A stretch of 64,000 nt of DNA. It comes from an uncultured Chloroflexia bacterium (GTDB lineage Bacteria; Chloroflexota; Chloroflexia; QHBQ01; JADMIH01). Both the position numbers and the translations under genes were made by a program. Positions 56,787 to 64,000 of this stretch are shown here, one piece after another. The stretch spans positions 96,001 to 160,000 of the forward strand of contig CAWCNY010000006.1 of the NCBI GenBank assembly GCA_963797095.1, written 5' to 3'. How positions within the stretch are numbered: the stretch's first letter is position 1; the number at the start of each line of letters is the position of its first letter. The notes beneath the pieces are model-generated. The model saw only the letters and a list, made by a program, of their open reading frames with translations, made no database searches and was not told the origin of the DNA.

Positions 56787-57741
56787 CGTCATCCTCCTCG
56801 TTGGAGATGCCGTTGGTGCCGTTGCCATCTTCCATATAATCGGTGCGCAGCCAGTCGTAACCCTTGACCTCAAGCTCCTGAGCCAATTCGGGGCCGCCCG
56901 ATTGCACGAGTTTGCCGCCGATCATGACGTGCACGTAATCGGGCTTGATGTAGTTCAAAATGCGCTGGTAGTGCGTCACCAGGAGCACGCCCAGCTTGGG
57001 ACCGCGCAGGCTTTCCACTCCATCGGCCACTACGCGCACCGCGTCGATGTCGAGGCCGGAGTCGGGTTCGTCGAGCATGGCGATTTTGGGTTTGAGCATG
57101 GCCATCTGGAGCACCTCAAGCCGCTTCTTTTCGCCGCCTGAGAAGCCGTCGTTTACGTAGCGAGTGGCGAAACTATCGTCCATCTTGAGGAGCGCCAGCG
57201 CTTCGCGCAGGTTCTTGCGGAATTCTCTTACCGCGGGGGTGGATCTGGCGACCCCGCTTCGTCCCACGTAATTGGGCGCTACCAGGTCGGATTGGGGCGC
57301 GGTCTCGGACTTCACTCTGCCCTGGTCGTCGAGCAATTCGGCCTCGGTGCGCGCCCTCGGCTTGGTCAGTGACACGATAGCGGTGCGGATGAAGTTAGCC
57401 ACGCTCACACCGGGAATGGATGAAGGATACTGGAAGCCGAGGAAGAGGCCCACCTTGGCTCTTTCGTCGGGCGGCAGCTTTGTGAGGTCTGCGCCGTTCA
57501 GGGTGGCCGTCCCAGAGGTGATCTGATAATTGGGGTTGCCCATCAAGGCGTTCACCAGGGTCGATTTGCCCGACCCGTTTGGTCCCATCAGGGCGTGTAC
57601 TTCGCCTTGCTTCACCGCCAGGCTCACGCCCTTCAATATCTCGCGGCCCTCGACCTGTACGTGCAGGTCTTTGATCACAAGCCCCTCTCCTAACTCGTTT
57701 TCATCTACCGCTATATTCTCTTCTACTATGCTATTTGCCAT
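56773..57741 (-). CDS. sufC: Fe-S cluster assembly ATPase SufC
   Basis: MGPNGSGKST, FQYP, GFSGGEKKR, LDEPDSGLD, THYQR. Confidence 0.96.
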   Translation of the reverse strand: MANSIVEENIAVDENELGEGLVIKDLHVQVEGREILKGVSLAVKQGEVHALMGPNGSGKSTLVNALMGNPNYQITSGTATLNGADLTKLPPDERAKVGLFLGFQYPSSIPGVSVANFIRTAIVSLTKPRARTEAELLDDQGRVKSETAPQSDLVAPNYVGRSGVARSTPAVREFRKNLREALALLKMDDSFATRYVNDGFSGGEKKRLEVLQMAMLKPKIAMLDEPDSGLDIDAVRVVADGVESLRGPKLGVLLVTHYQRILNYIKPDYVHVMIGGKLVQSGGPELAQELEVKGYDWLRTDYMEDGNGTNGISNEEDDDGNA

Positions 57742-57824
57742 GCCTGTAAAATGCCTCCTCTATTTATTGACGAAAGACGAAGGACGAAGGACGAAAGTGT
57801 CCTTCGCTTTGCATTTGTCACTGT

Positions 57825-58595
57825 TTATTCGGGTGTGCCTACGGAAGTAACTTTGCCGACAAGCTCGATAGGCTCGCTTTGCAAGCGGCTCACGTGGAAC
57901 TCGCAGGCGCACGCGCCATCTACGATCCTGTCCGATAGCTCGATGCTTACACCCGGCCCCAGGAGGTCGATCATCATCTCCTGCTCCATGTCGCAGATTT
58001 CGCGGTGGTTGCGTGCTACATCAAAATAAGGGCAGGTGTGTGCTTTGAGCACATAGCCGCTAATGCCCTCCTCGTTCTGCACCGATACCATCGACACGTC
58101 CATGCCGGTTTCGCCGAGCGAGGCTACGAGGCCAAGAAGCTTCTGCGAAAGCTCGTTCACCTGGGTACCGCCCGCGAACTTGCTGGCTAATCTTCGGCTC
58201 ACGCGGTTCAGCAGCGCTCTCAGCCCTTCCTGGCCGTGCATTTCCATGGTCTCTTCCATCAGCAATTGGGCCAGGGTGGCGTAGTCTTTGGGGAAGAGGT
58301 CCTGGGCTTTCTCGGTAAGGGAGTATACATAGAAGGGACGCCCGATCTCTCCTCTTACCCGAGTGGCCTGCAAGAATCCCTCCCTCAAGAGGTGGGCTAC
58401 CTGCTCGCGTACTGCCGTGGTTGTCACGCCCATCTCGGCCTCAAGCTCTTTCACGGAAGCCGAGCCATGCCGCTGCACGATCTTCAGTACTTCGGCGCGG
58501 GGCGAGCCTTCAACATCTTTGGGGTCTCGGATCATTTTCGTCCCTCCACTTTCCCTTTCCCTTTCCCTTTCCACACTTGTCATCACTGTAGGCAT
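57825..58595 (-). CDS. sufR: SufR-like HTH transcriptional regulator
   Basis: N-terminal wHTH (GRP..VYSLT) and C-terminal CPY...IC..E...CAC. Heads the suf operon. Confidence 0.82.
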   Translation of the reverse strand: MPTVMTSVERERERESGGTKMIRDPKDVEGSPRAEVLKIVQRHGSASVKELEAEMGVTTTAVREQVAHLLREGFLQATRVRGEIGRPFYVYSLTEKAQDLFPKDYATLAQLLMEETMEMHGQEGLRALLNRVSRRLASKFAGGTQVNELSQKLLGLVASLGETGMDVSMVSVQNEEGISGYVLKAHTCPYFDVARNHREICDMEQEMMIDLLGPGVSIELSDRIVDGACACEFHVSRLQSEPIELVGKVTSVGTPE

Positions 58596-58609
58596 GCCGC
58601 TACCACCCT

Positions 58610-58639
58610 ATTATATCATTCAATGGCCCGGCCAGTCAA
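58610..58639 (-). promoter_or_regulatory. Sigma70-type promoter of the suf operon
   Basis: TTGACT-18 nt-TATAAT on the minus strand. Confidence 0.65.
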
Positions 58640-58665
58640 TTTACACAGCGAAAACTGTCGAAATC

Positions 58666-59463
58666 TCACTTGCCGCCGTTAGCCATCCACCATAGGGAGG
58701 CGATCATCACACCATCTGCTAACCAATGGGCCACTACTGGCCCCGCCAGGTTGCCTGTGCGCTCCCTGAGCAGGCCGAACGCTACACCCGCCAGCCCTGT
58801 CGCGACGATCCCTCCTAGTGTTCCCAGTGGCACGACGAAATCCTGGAGAAATGGGGGGAGTGCGCTGGCCGATGTAAGGTTGGTTTGTATCACCGAAATA
58901 GCGGTTACTCCTATGTGCCAGAGGCCAAAGACCGCAGCTGTGATCCCTATGGCTTTGCAGGCCGATAGTCTGCGGCGCAATATCCCGAACAAGAGGCCAC
59001 GAAAGGCCAGTTCCTCGAAGAAAGCGATGCTGACAGGCACCCTTACCAGCAGGTCCAGCGCTAACTCGCCCTGGCTGATCCTGGCTATGGGGCCGTATTC
59101 CAGTGGCGCGTTCGAGACGAGCGGATTCGCGAAAAAGAGGACTGAGATCGTGGCTAACCCGATCCCGACAGGCACTCCCCACGCTATGGATGTCCACAAC
59201 CCCTGTTTCTTCAGGCCCGCTCCTGCTAACCCTCCCAGCTCCCTGGCGGTGTAAGGCACCAGTACCAGCAGGAATGGCGGATTGATATAGCGAAATGCCA
59301 GCTCGGTGCTCCATCCAACTCCGTAGGCAATGGCCGCTCCCAGGTTGCTATAGGCGACCAGGATTGCCGATACAGCCAGAGGCTTGGCTGATTGCCCGAG
59401 AGCTTGCCTGCGGCTGCGTATTCCAGCATTCATATACCGACAGTTTAGCACCGCCTCACGCAT
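58666..59463 (-). CDS. CPBP (CAAX/Abi) intramembrane glutamic endopeptidase
   Basis: EELAFRG, FGLWH, AHWLAD. Start uncertain. Confidence 0.88.
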   Translation of the reverse strand: MREAVLNCRYMNAGIRSRRQALGQSAKPLAVSAILVAYSNLGAAIAYGVGWSTELAFRYINPPFLLVLVPYTARELGGLAGAGLKKQGLWTSIAWGVPVGIGLATISVLFFANPLVSNAPLEYGPIARISQGELALDLLVRVPVSIAFFEELAFRGLLFGILRRRLSACKAIGITAAVFGLWHIGVTAISVIQTNLTSASALPPFLQDFVVPLGTLGGIVATGLAGVAFGLLRERTGNLAGPVVAHWLADGVMIASLWWMANGGK

Positions 59464-59556
59464 CCGGCAATCGCTAACTCAATCCAATTCTCGACTGCAT
59501 CTAATATGGTGGTGAGAGCCGCCGCTTGCCAGGTCGCGCCTAACAATCTTAGCGAT

Positions 59557-59612
59557 CTTAAGGGTATCTTAAGGCCATCCTAATAGACATGCCTACCTTT
59601 CGCCCTTATGAT
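59557..59612 (+). promoter_or_regulatory. CTTAAG-N5-CTTAAG direct repeat plus sigma70 promoter
   Basis: CTTAAG (59557-62), GGTAT, CTTAAG (59568-73), then TAGACA-17 nt-TATGAT (59584-59612). Confidence 0.6.
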
Positions 59613-59674
59613 ACGGTCTATCGGGCGCAAATTGTATAGGGCAAATTAAGACCCAATTCAGGAGGAAACAGGTA

Positions 59675-60199
59675 ATGAAGAAGGTTCTATTATTAGCAAT
59701 GGCCATCTTCGCTGTACTCGCTCTATCCGGCGCACATGCTTATGCCGCTGACAGTATCACTGTAAACCTGACCGCTCAGAACGACTCAGGCCAAAACGGA
59801 ACCGCCGTCCTTACAGACATGGGTGACGGCACTACTATGGTCGTGGTCGATATTTCGGGTGGCAGTGATACGCCCCAGCCCGCGCATATCCACGATGGCA
59901 CCTGCGCCAACCTCAATCCCAAGCCGAAATGGCCCCTCACCAATGTGGTAAACGGGATGTCGGAGACGGTGGTTCCGGTTAGCCTCTCAGACCTCACCAG
60001 CGGCGTGTATGCCATCAACGTCCACAAGTCCGCCGCTGAGGCTTCTGTGTACGTTGCCTGCGGTAATATCGAGGCGCTGGTGATAGCCGGGATGCCTCAG
60101 ACGGGCGTTTCGTCGTTCTATGTTGAGACAGCCGCGCTGGTTGGGCTTGCTCTTATTGTCACGGTGCTGGGTTGGCGATTGTCTCGCCGCCGAGCATAG
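59675..60199 (+). CDS. Secreted CHRD/Cu-Zn-SOD-like domain protein with LPXTG-like sorting signal
   Basis: Signal peptide (AYA), PAHIHDGTC, INVH, VACG, then MPQTG + TM + RRRA. AGGAGG RBS. Confidence 0.78.
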   Translation: MKKVLLLAMAIFAVLALSGAHAYAADSITVNLTAQNDSGQNGTAVLTDMGDGTTMVVVDISGGSDTPQPAHIHDGTCANLNPKPKWPLTNVVNGMSETVVPVSLSDLTSGVYAINVHKSAAEASVYVACGNIEALVIAGMPQTGVSSFYVETAALVGLALIVTVLGWRLSRRRA

Positions 60200-60217
60200 T
60201 CAGCTTCGGGCACAATT

Positions 60218-60428
60218 ATGAGACATCCCGAATATTGAATTCGCGTGTACTACAGTGCCGGGGTGCTCCAAGACCCCACCCCAACCCCTCCCCGAAATTT
60301 GGGGAGGGGCGCTCTTTTTAGAACCAGATTGCATGTTTGCAAACCCGCATTTCCAGATTGCATGTTTGCAAACCCGCACTTAATGTTTGCGAATATGCAT
60401 TTACCATCTAAAGTTCGGGATGTTTCAT
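60218..60428. mobile_element. MITE-like element (family A) with 15-bp terminal inverted repeats
   Basis: Left ATGAGACATCCCGAA vs right TTCGGGATGTTTCAT (14/15 complementary). Internal REP hairpin and a 29-bp-period duplication at 60324-60378. Confidence 0.6.
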
Positions 60429-60445
60429 GTTTGTGCCTGGACGCG

Positions 60446-61663
60446 TTATTTTACGACTACTTTTGCGAGCATATCGGGGTGTATCGTACACCAGTAGTCG
60501 TATGTGCCAGGCTTGTCGAAGACGTAGCTGAAGCTCATGCCAGGCGTGTCCATGAGGTCTGATTCCCACAGCGGCGGATTCGTTTTGGATACCGTGTTGT
60601 GTACTGTGGGGCCGACTTCGGTCCAGGTTACCCTTGTGCCTACAGATACTGTGATTACGGCGGGGTCGAACTTGAAATCTACGATGTTGACGCCTGCCTG
60701 CGGCCTGTCCTCATACTCTGCTTTGTAGCGGAAGGTCCCCAACTGGCTCAGGAGCACGTCGAACGGAGGGTTGTTCTCCGGGTGGTACTCAAGGACCGCA
60801 CGCTCGAAATATTGGACGAGGTAGGTCTTGCCGTCCAGGGCCGATTGCTCCATGAACTCGTCTGAAATCGGATAGCCTTGCTGTGCCAATCCGCCGTTTT
60901 GCTCCCAGTATTCGTGGAACTTGCCGCCTATGGTCTTGCCCGTTTCGGTGAATTTGCGCGGGTTGACCTGGCTTGCGTTTTGTCCAGGCGCACCGTCAGG
61001 GTATTTATCTTTGTAGACGAAGTTGCCAAGCAGGCTCAGGAGCACGTCGTTGGGGGCTTTGTTTTCGGGGTGTTTCTCAAAGACCGCTCGCTCGAAGTAT
61101 TGCACTGTGTAGGTCCGGCCATCGGTGGCGCTTTGCTCCTCTATCTCTGCGGAAATGGGATATCCCTGCTGTGCAAGCCCACCGTGCTGCTGCCAGTAAT
61201 CAAGGAACCTGTCGCACACGGTCTTGCCGGTTTCATCGAAGGTTGTGCAGTTCTTCTCCTGAGATGTTCCGCCTGAGACCGTGAAATTGATATTGCCGTC
61301 GGTGATGCCATTGTCGTCCTCGGTTACGGTGTGCCACTTCACAATATAGGCTCCCGCAGCCAGGGGTGTTATCATTGTGGTGGTCATTTTCTTGCGATTG
61401 GCGCGGTCTATAGCGGTAGTAGATGTCACCTGCATGCCGTCGGCCATACTTATCTGGGCCGTAGACTGATCTACGCTGACATCCTCCGAAAACATGATGA
61501 CAACCTCGGTTAGCCCTGTCTGCACGGTTGCGCCGTTCGCGGGGGTGGAGGTCACCACTCGCGCGTGTGCCCAGGTAATCCCCGGTGTGCCGAGCACGCT
61601 TACCAGCAATAATATCACCGCCAGCGAGGGCCAGACCCGCCTACTCACAGATCTACCCAGCAT
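60446..61663 (-). CDS. Secreted CopC-like + two internal repeats + cupredoxin fusion protein
   Basis: Signal peptide then HA.VV.STP (CopC), two ETGK...YW.Q.GGLAQQGYPIS...VQYFERA repeats, type-1 Cu site HN...CTIHPDM. Confidence 0.85.
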   Translation of the reverse strand: MLGRSVSRRVWPSLAVILLLVSVLGTPGITWAHARVVTSTPANGATVQTGLTEVVIMFSEDVSVDQSTAQISMADGMQVTSTTAIDRANRKKMTTTMITPLAAGAYIVKWHTVTEDDNGITDGNINFTVSGGTSQEKNCTTFDETGKTVCDRFLDYWQQHGGLAQQGYPISAEIEEQSATDGRTYTVQYFERAVFEKHPENKAPNDVLLSLLGNFVYKDKYPDGAPGQNASQVNPRKFTETGKTIGGKFHEYWEQNGGLAQQGYPISDEFMEQSALDGKTYLVQYFERAVLEYHPENNPPFDVLLSQLGTFRYKAEYEDRPQAGVNIVDFKFDPAVITVSVGTRVTWTEVGPTVHNTVSKTNPPLWESDLMDTPGMSFSYVFDKPGTYDYWCTIHPDMLAKVVVK

Positions 61664-61807
61664 TTTCCGTCTCCAATTTCGCAGATCGTACCCTAAAGAG
61701 GCGTATTTTGGGCGCTAACATAGCATATTATACGCCGCCGGTTACACCACATTCACAACATTAGACACCCAGACCTGGGATAGCAGTGGCACGCCGGGAT
61801 GCATGGT

Positions 61808-62003
61808 CCCTTGGGGACGTAAGAGCATTGCCTCACAGGATCGCAGAGCTCTTACGTCCCCAAGGGGCTATGGCATTATCTTGGGCTTACCACAGGGCTT
61901 AGGCCCTGGGCTACTCTATACCGTCCCTTCAGGACTTGGCTTGGGTGGCATATGATCCACGGTGCTTGGGCCCTGGGCTACTTTCTTGCGTCCCTTCGGG
62001 ACT
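61808..62003. repeat. REP-like family C cluster with 19-bp-arm inverted repeat
   Basis: CCCTTGGGGACGTAAGAGC...GCTCTTACGTCCCCAAGGG, then two GCCCTGGGCTAC...GTCCCTTC.GGACT units. Confidence 0.78.
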
Positions 62004-62059
62004 TCTGTTTGGGTGGAGTCTCTGGTATCTGGTATTTTGTGGCTGAAGCTGTTTCCGGC

Positions 62060-62530
62060 TTAGATCGTCGACTCGCCGTGCTGCCCTTTGCTTGGGTCGG
62101 AATCTCTGCCGGCAAGGTTGGGATCGTGCCCTTCGGCCTTGCGCTTGAACCGCTCCAGGTCGTCCTCCACGCTCCGGGTAAGTCTCCCCGTCAGGACATC
62201 TCCTATGGTTTCCAGCCATGTTGGTTCGTACTCAATTACAACGTGCATTTCCGTGAGATGTCCCCGCTCTGAGAGAGTGACCGCACCTGCATTCATCGCC
62301 CCTGAAGTGGACGACCATGTCACAGCCCGATTCTTTGCCAACCCCTTGACTTCGGCATCCCACTCTTTCTCAACAGGGCCGATTTTGGCTTTCCAGTGGT
62401 ATGAATGCTCCCCTGTTCTTGTCACCGATTCGATATGCTCCATAAATTGAGGGAAGTTCTCGAAATCGGTCCACATGGAATACACCCTGTCGATGGGTGC
62501 ATTTACTGTCACATCTTTTTCAACGCGCAT
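62060..62530 (-). CDS. SRPBCC (polyketide cyclase/dehydrase-like) family protein
   Basis: VNAPIDRVY..WTDFENFPQFM, EWDAE, DLERFK. GGAGG RBS. Confidence 0.9.
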   Translation of the reverse strand: MRVEKDVTVNAPIDRVYSMWTDFENFPQFMEHIESVTRTGEHSYHWKAKIGPVEKEWDAEVKGLAKNRAVTWSSTSGAMNAGAVTLSERGHLTEMHVVIEYEPTWLETIGDVLTGRLTRSVEDDLERFKRKAEGHDPNLAGRDSDPSKGQHGESTI

Positions 62531-62709
62531 CGTTTTCCCGGCCTCCTATCGCATATGATATGGTCCAACTGTGCAAGTAATATACCATGCCACTTTGATG
62601 CAACCAACCGGAGGGTAGTCCGTTGCTGATATTGGGAGTACAATGCTGGTAGCGCGCAAAATCAGCCCAGAACAAGCAGATTGTAATAATAACGAGGGAG
62701 AAGTTAGAA

Positions 62710-64000
62710 ATGAAACCAACCCAGAAGCGCATCGCCGCGCTCGCACCGTTCGCAGCGGCTGCTTTGCTCTTTATGAGCGTAGCGCCCGCTTCAGTACCAC
62801 GCGCTCAGGCAGCCTCCCAGGCCGCTCCTGAGCAAATACCCGGTAACTTTGCCGACCCTGCTTTTCAGTCTACGTGGTCGCGCACCGATCAACTGGTGGA
62901 CGAAGGCTCGGTGAAGCGCAGCTATTATTGGGGCCCGATCCCCGGCTTCACCGGGTATGAGGACTACGCGGAAGGCCCCAACGGCAAGCACCTCGTGCAG
63001 TACTTCGACAAGAGCCGCATGGAGATCAACAATCCGAACGGCGACAAGTCCAACCCGTTCTATGTCACGAACGGTCTGCTTACTGTTGAGCTTATCTCAG
63101 GGAATATGCAGGTCGGCAACGACAAGTACGAGTACAGGTACCCTGCCGAGATCGATATCGCGTCGGATAGCGACGATACGGGCGCGGGAACGCCTACTTA
63201 TGCCAGCTTCCGAAGCGTGGCGAATTCGTATACAACCAGTAACAGCCGCATCGGCGAGACGATCGTGGATACGATCAACCGCGATGGGCTGGTGGGGTCG
63301 AACACGGCTTTCAACAACTACAATGTCAAATACTCTTATTACGAAGCGGCTACCAAGCACAATATCCCCGACGTGTTCTGGAACTTCTTGAATGCTACGG
63401 GTCCAATCTTGCAGGACGGCAAGACTGTGGAAGCGCGGTTGAGCGATCCCTACTTCTACGCTACCGGCTATCCGATTGCCGAGGCGTACTGGGCGAGCGT
63501 CAAGATCGCGGGTAAGGCTAATACTTCGGTGCTTATACAACCTTATGAGCGGCGCGTGCTTACATTTGTGCCAGATGCCCCTGAAGGGTTCAAGGTGCAG
63601 ATGGGGAATATAGGCCAGCACTACTATGATTGGCGGTACCATAACGCGGGAATGCCCACGCCACCTGTGCAGCAGTGCCAGCAGGTGCCGATCCGGGGAT
63701 TCGGGAAGGTGTGGGCCGATCACTCCGAGGTGCATGCATGGCTTGGCTGCACTTATAATCAGGAGCTTCCCGCGACGGTGGCGCACCAGTACTTCGAGCA
63801 TGGGGAGATGATCGACCTGATAGGGAACTACGGCTACTATGGGAGCAGTTTCAAGCAGATATATGTGCTGTTTGATGATGGCACCATCCAGGGCTTCGCC
63901 GACAACTATGTAGATGGCACCGCCGAGCCTGATATCCAGGCTCCGCAGGGCCTGTATACTCCTGTGCGTGGGTTTGGTAAGGTATGGCGAGAGGGAACAG
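62710..64000 (+). CDS. Secreted Chloroflexota-type surface protein (runs off the window end)
   Basis: Manually read open frame MKPTQKRIAALAPFAAAALLF...FADPAFQSTWSRTD...YWGP...VQYFDKSRMEI...TNGLL. Absent from the ORF track because it has no stop in the window. Confidence 0.8.
   Translation, partial: MKPTQKRIAALAPFAAAALLFMSVAPASVPRAQAASQAAPEQIPGNFADPAFQSTWSRTDQLVDEGSVKRSYYWGPIPGFTGYEDYAEGPNGKHLVQYFDKSRMEINNPNGDKSNPFYVTNGLLTVELISGNMQVGNDKYEYRYPAEIDIASDSDDTGAGTPTYASFRSVANSYTTSNSRIGETIVDTINRDGLVGSNTAFNNYNVKYSYYEAATKHNIPDVFWNFLNATGPILQDGKTVEARLSDPYFYATGYPIAEAYWASVKIAGKANTSVLIQPYERRVLTFVPDAPEGFKVQMGNIGQHYYDWRYHNAGMPTPPVQQCQQVPIRGFGKVWADHSEVHAWLGCTYNQELPATVAHQYFEHGEMIDLIGNYGYYGSSFKQIYVLFDDGTIQGFADNYVDGTAEPDIQAPQGLYTPVRGFGKVWREGT

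Noticed and set aside
58666-59463. Abi phage-defence system
   Set aside because: It is an ordinary CPBP/CAAX protease with no defence-island context.

Overview
A GC-rich bacterial chromosomal segment, most likely Chloroflexota (inferred from lineage-typical secreted repeat proteins, sortase-type tail and F420-dependent enzymes). It is mostly housekeeping: XPB-like helicase, purA, purEK, secA, gpsA, thrC-lysA, a sufR-C-D-S-(3 inserted genes)-U operon without sufB, a CtpA-type protease, transporters and two degenerate GGDEF proteins. I saw no rRNA, tRNA, CRISPR array, prophage or intact transposase. The most notable observations are: (1) a 1541-aa SecA with two large insertions, preceded by a promoter-bearing, signal-peptide-like 164-aa ORF positioned like a SecM-type arrest peptide; (2) an XPB helicase whose tail has AT-hook-like motifs and an SspB-like terminal HLRLVK; (3) a pseudo-receiver/degenerate GGDEF protein with an intact I-site, coupled to a GT2 glycosyltransferase; (4) an orphan AAA ATPase/small protein/divergent CpaF trio; (5) a rearranged F420-enzyme region with a methyltransferase-MarR-like chimera, a pseudogene and a 10x14-bp stop-codon repeat; (6) several REP/MITE-like families and heptamer tandem repeats. 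All product calls are by eye from motifs; no searches were run.
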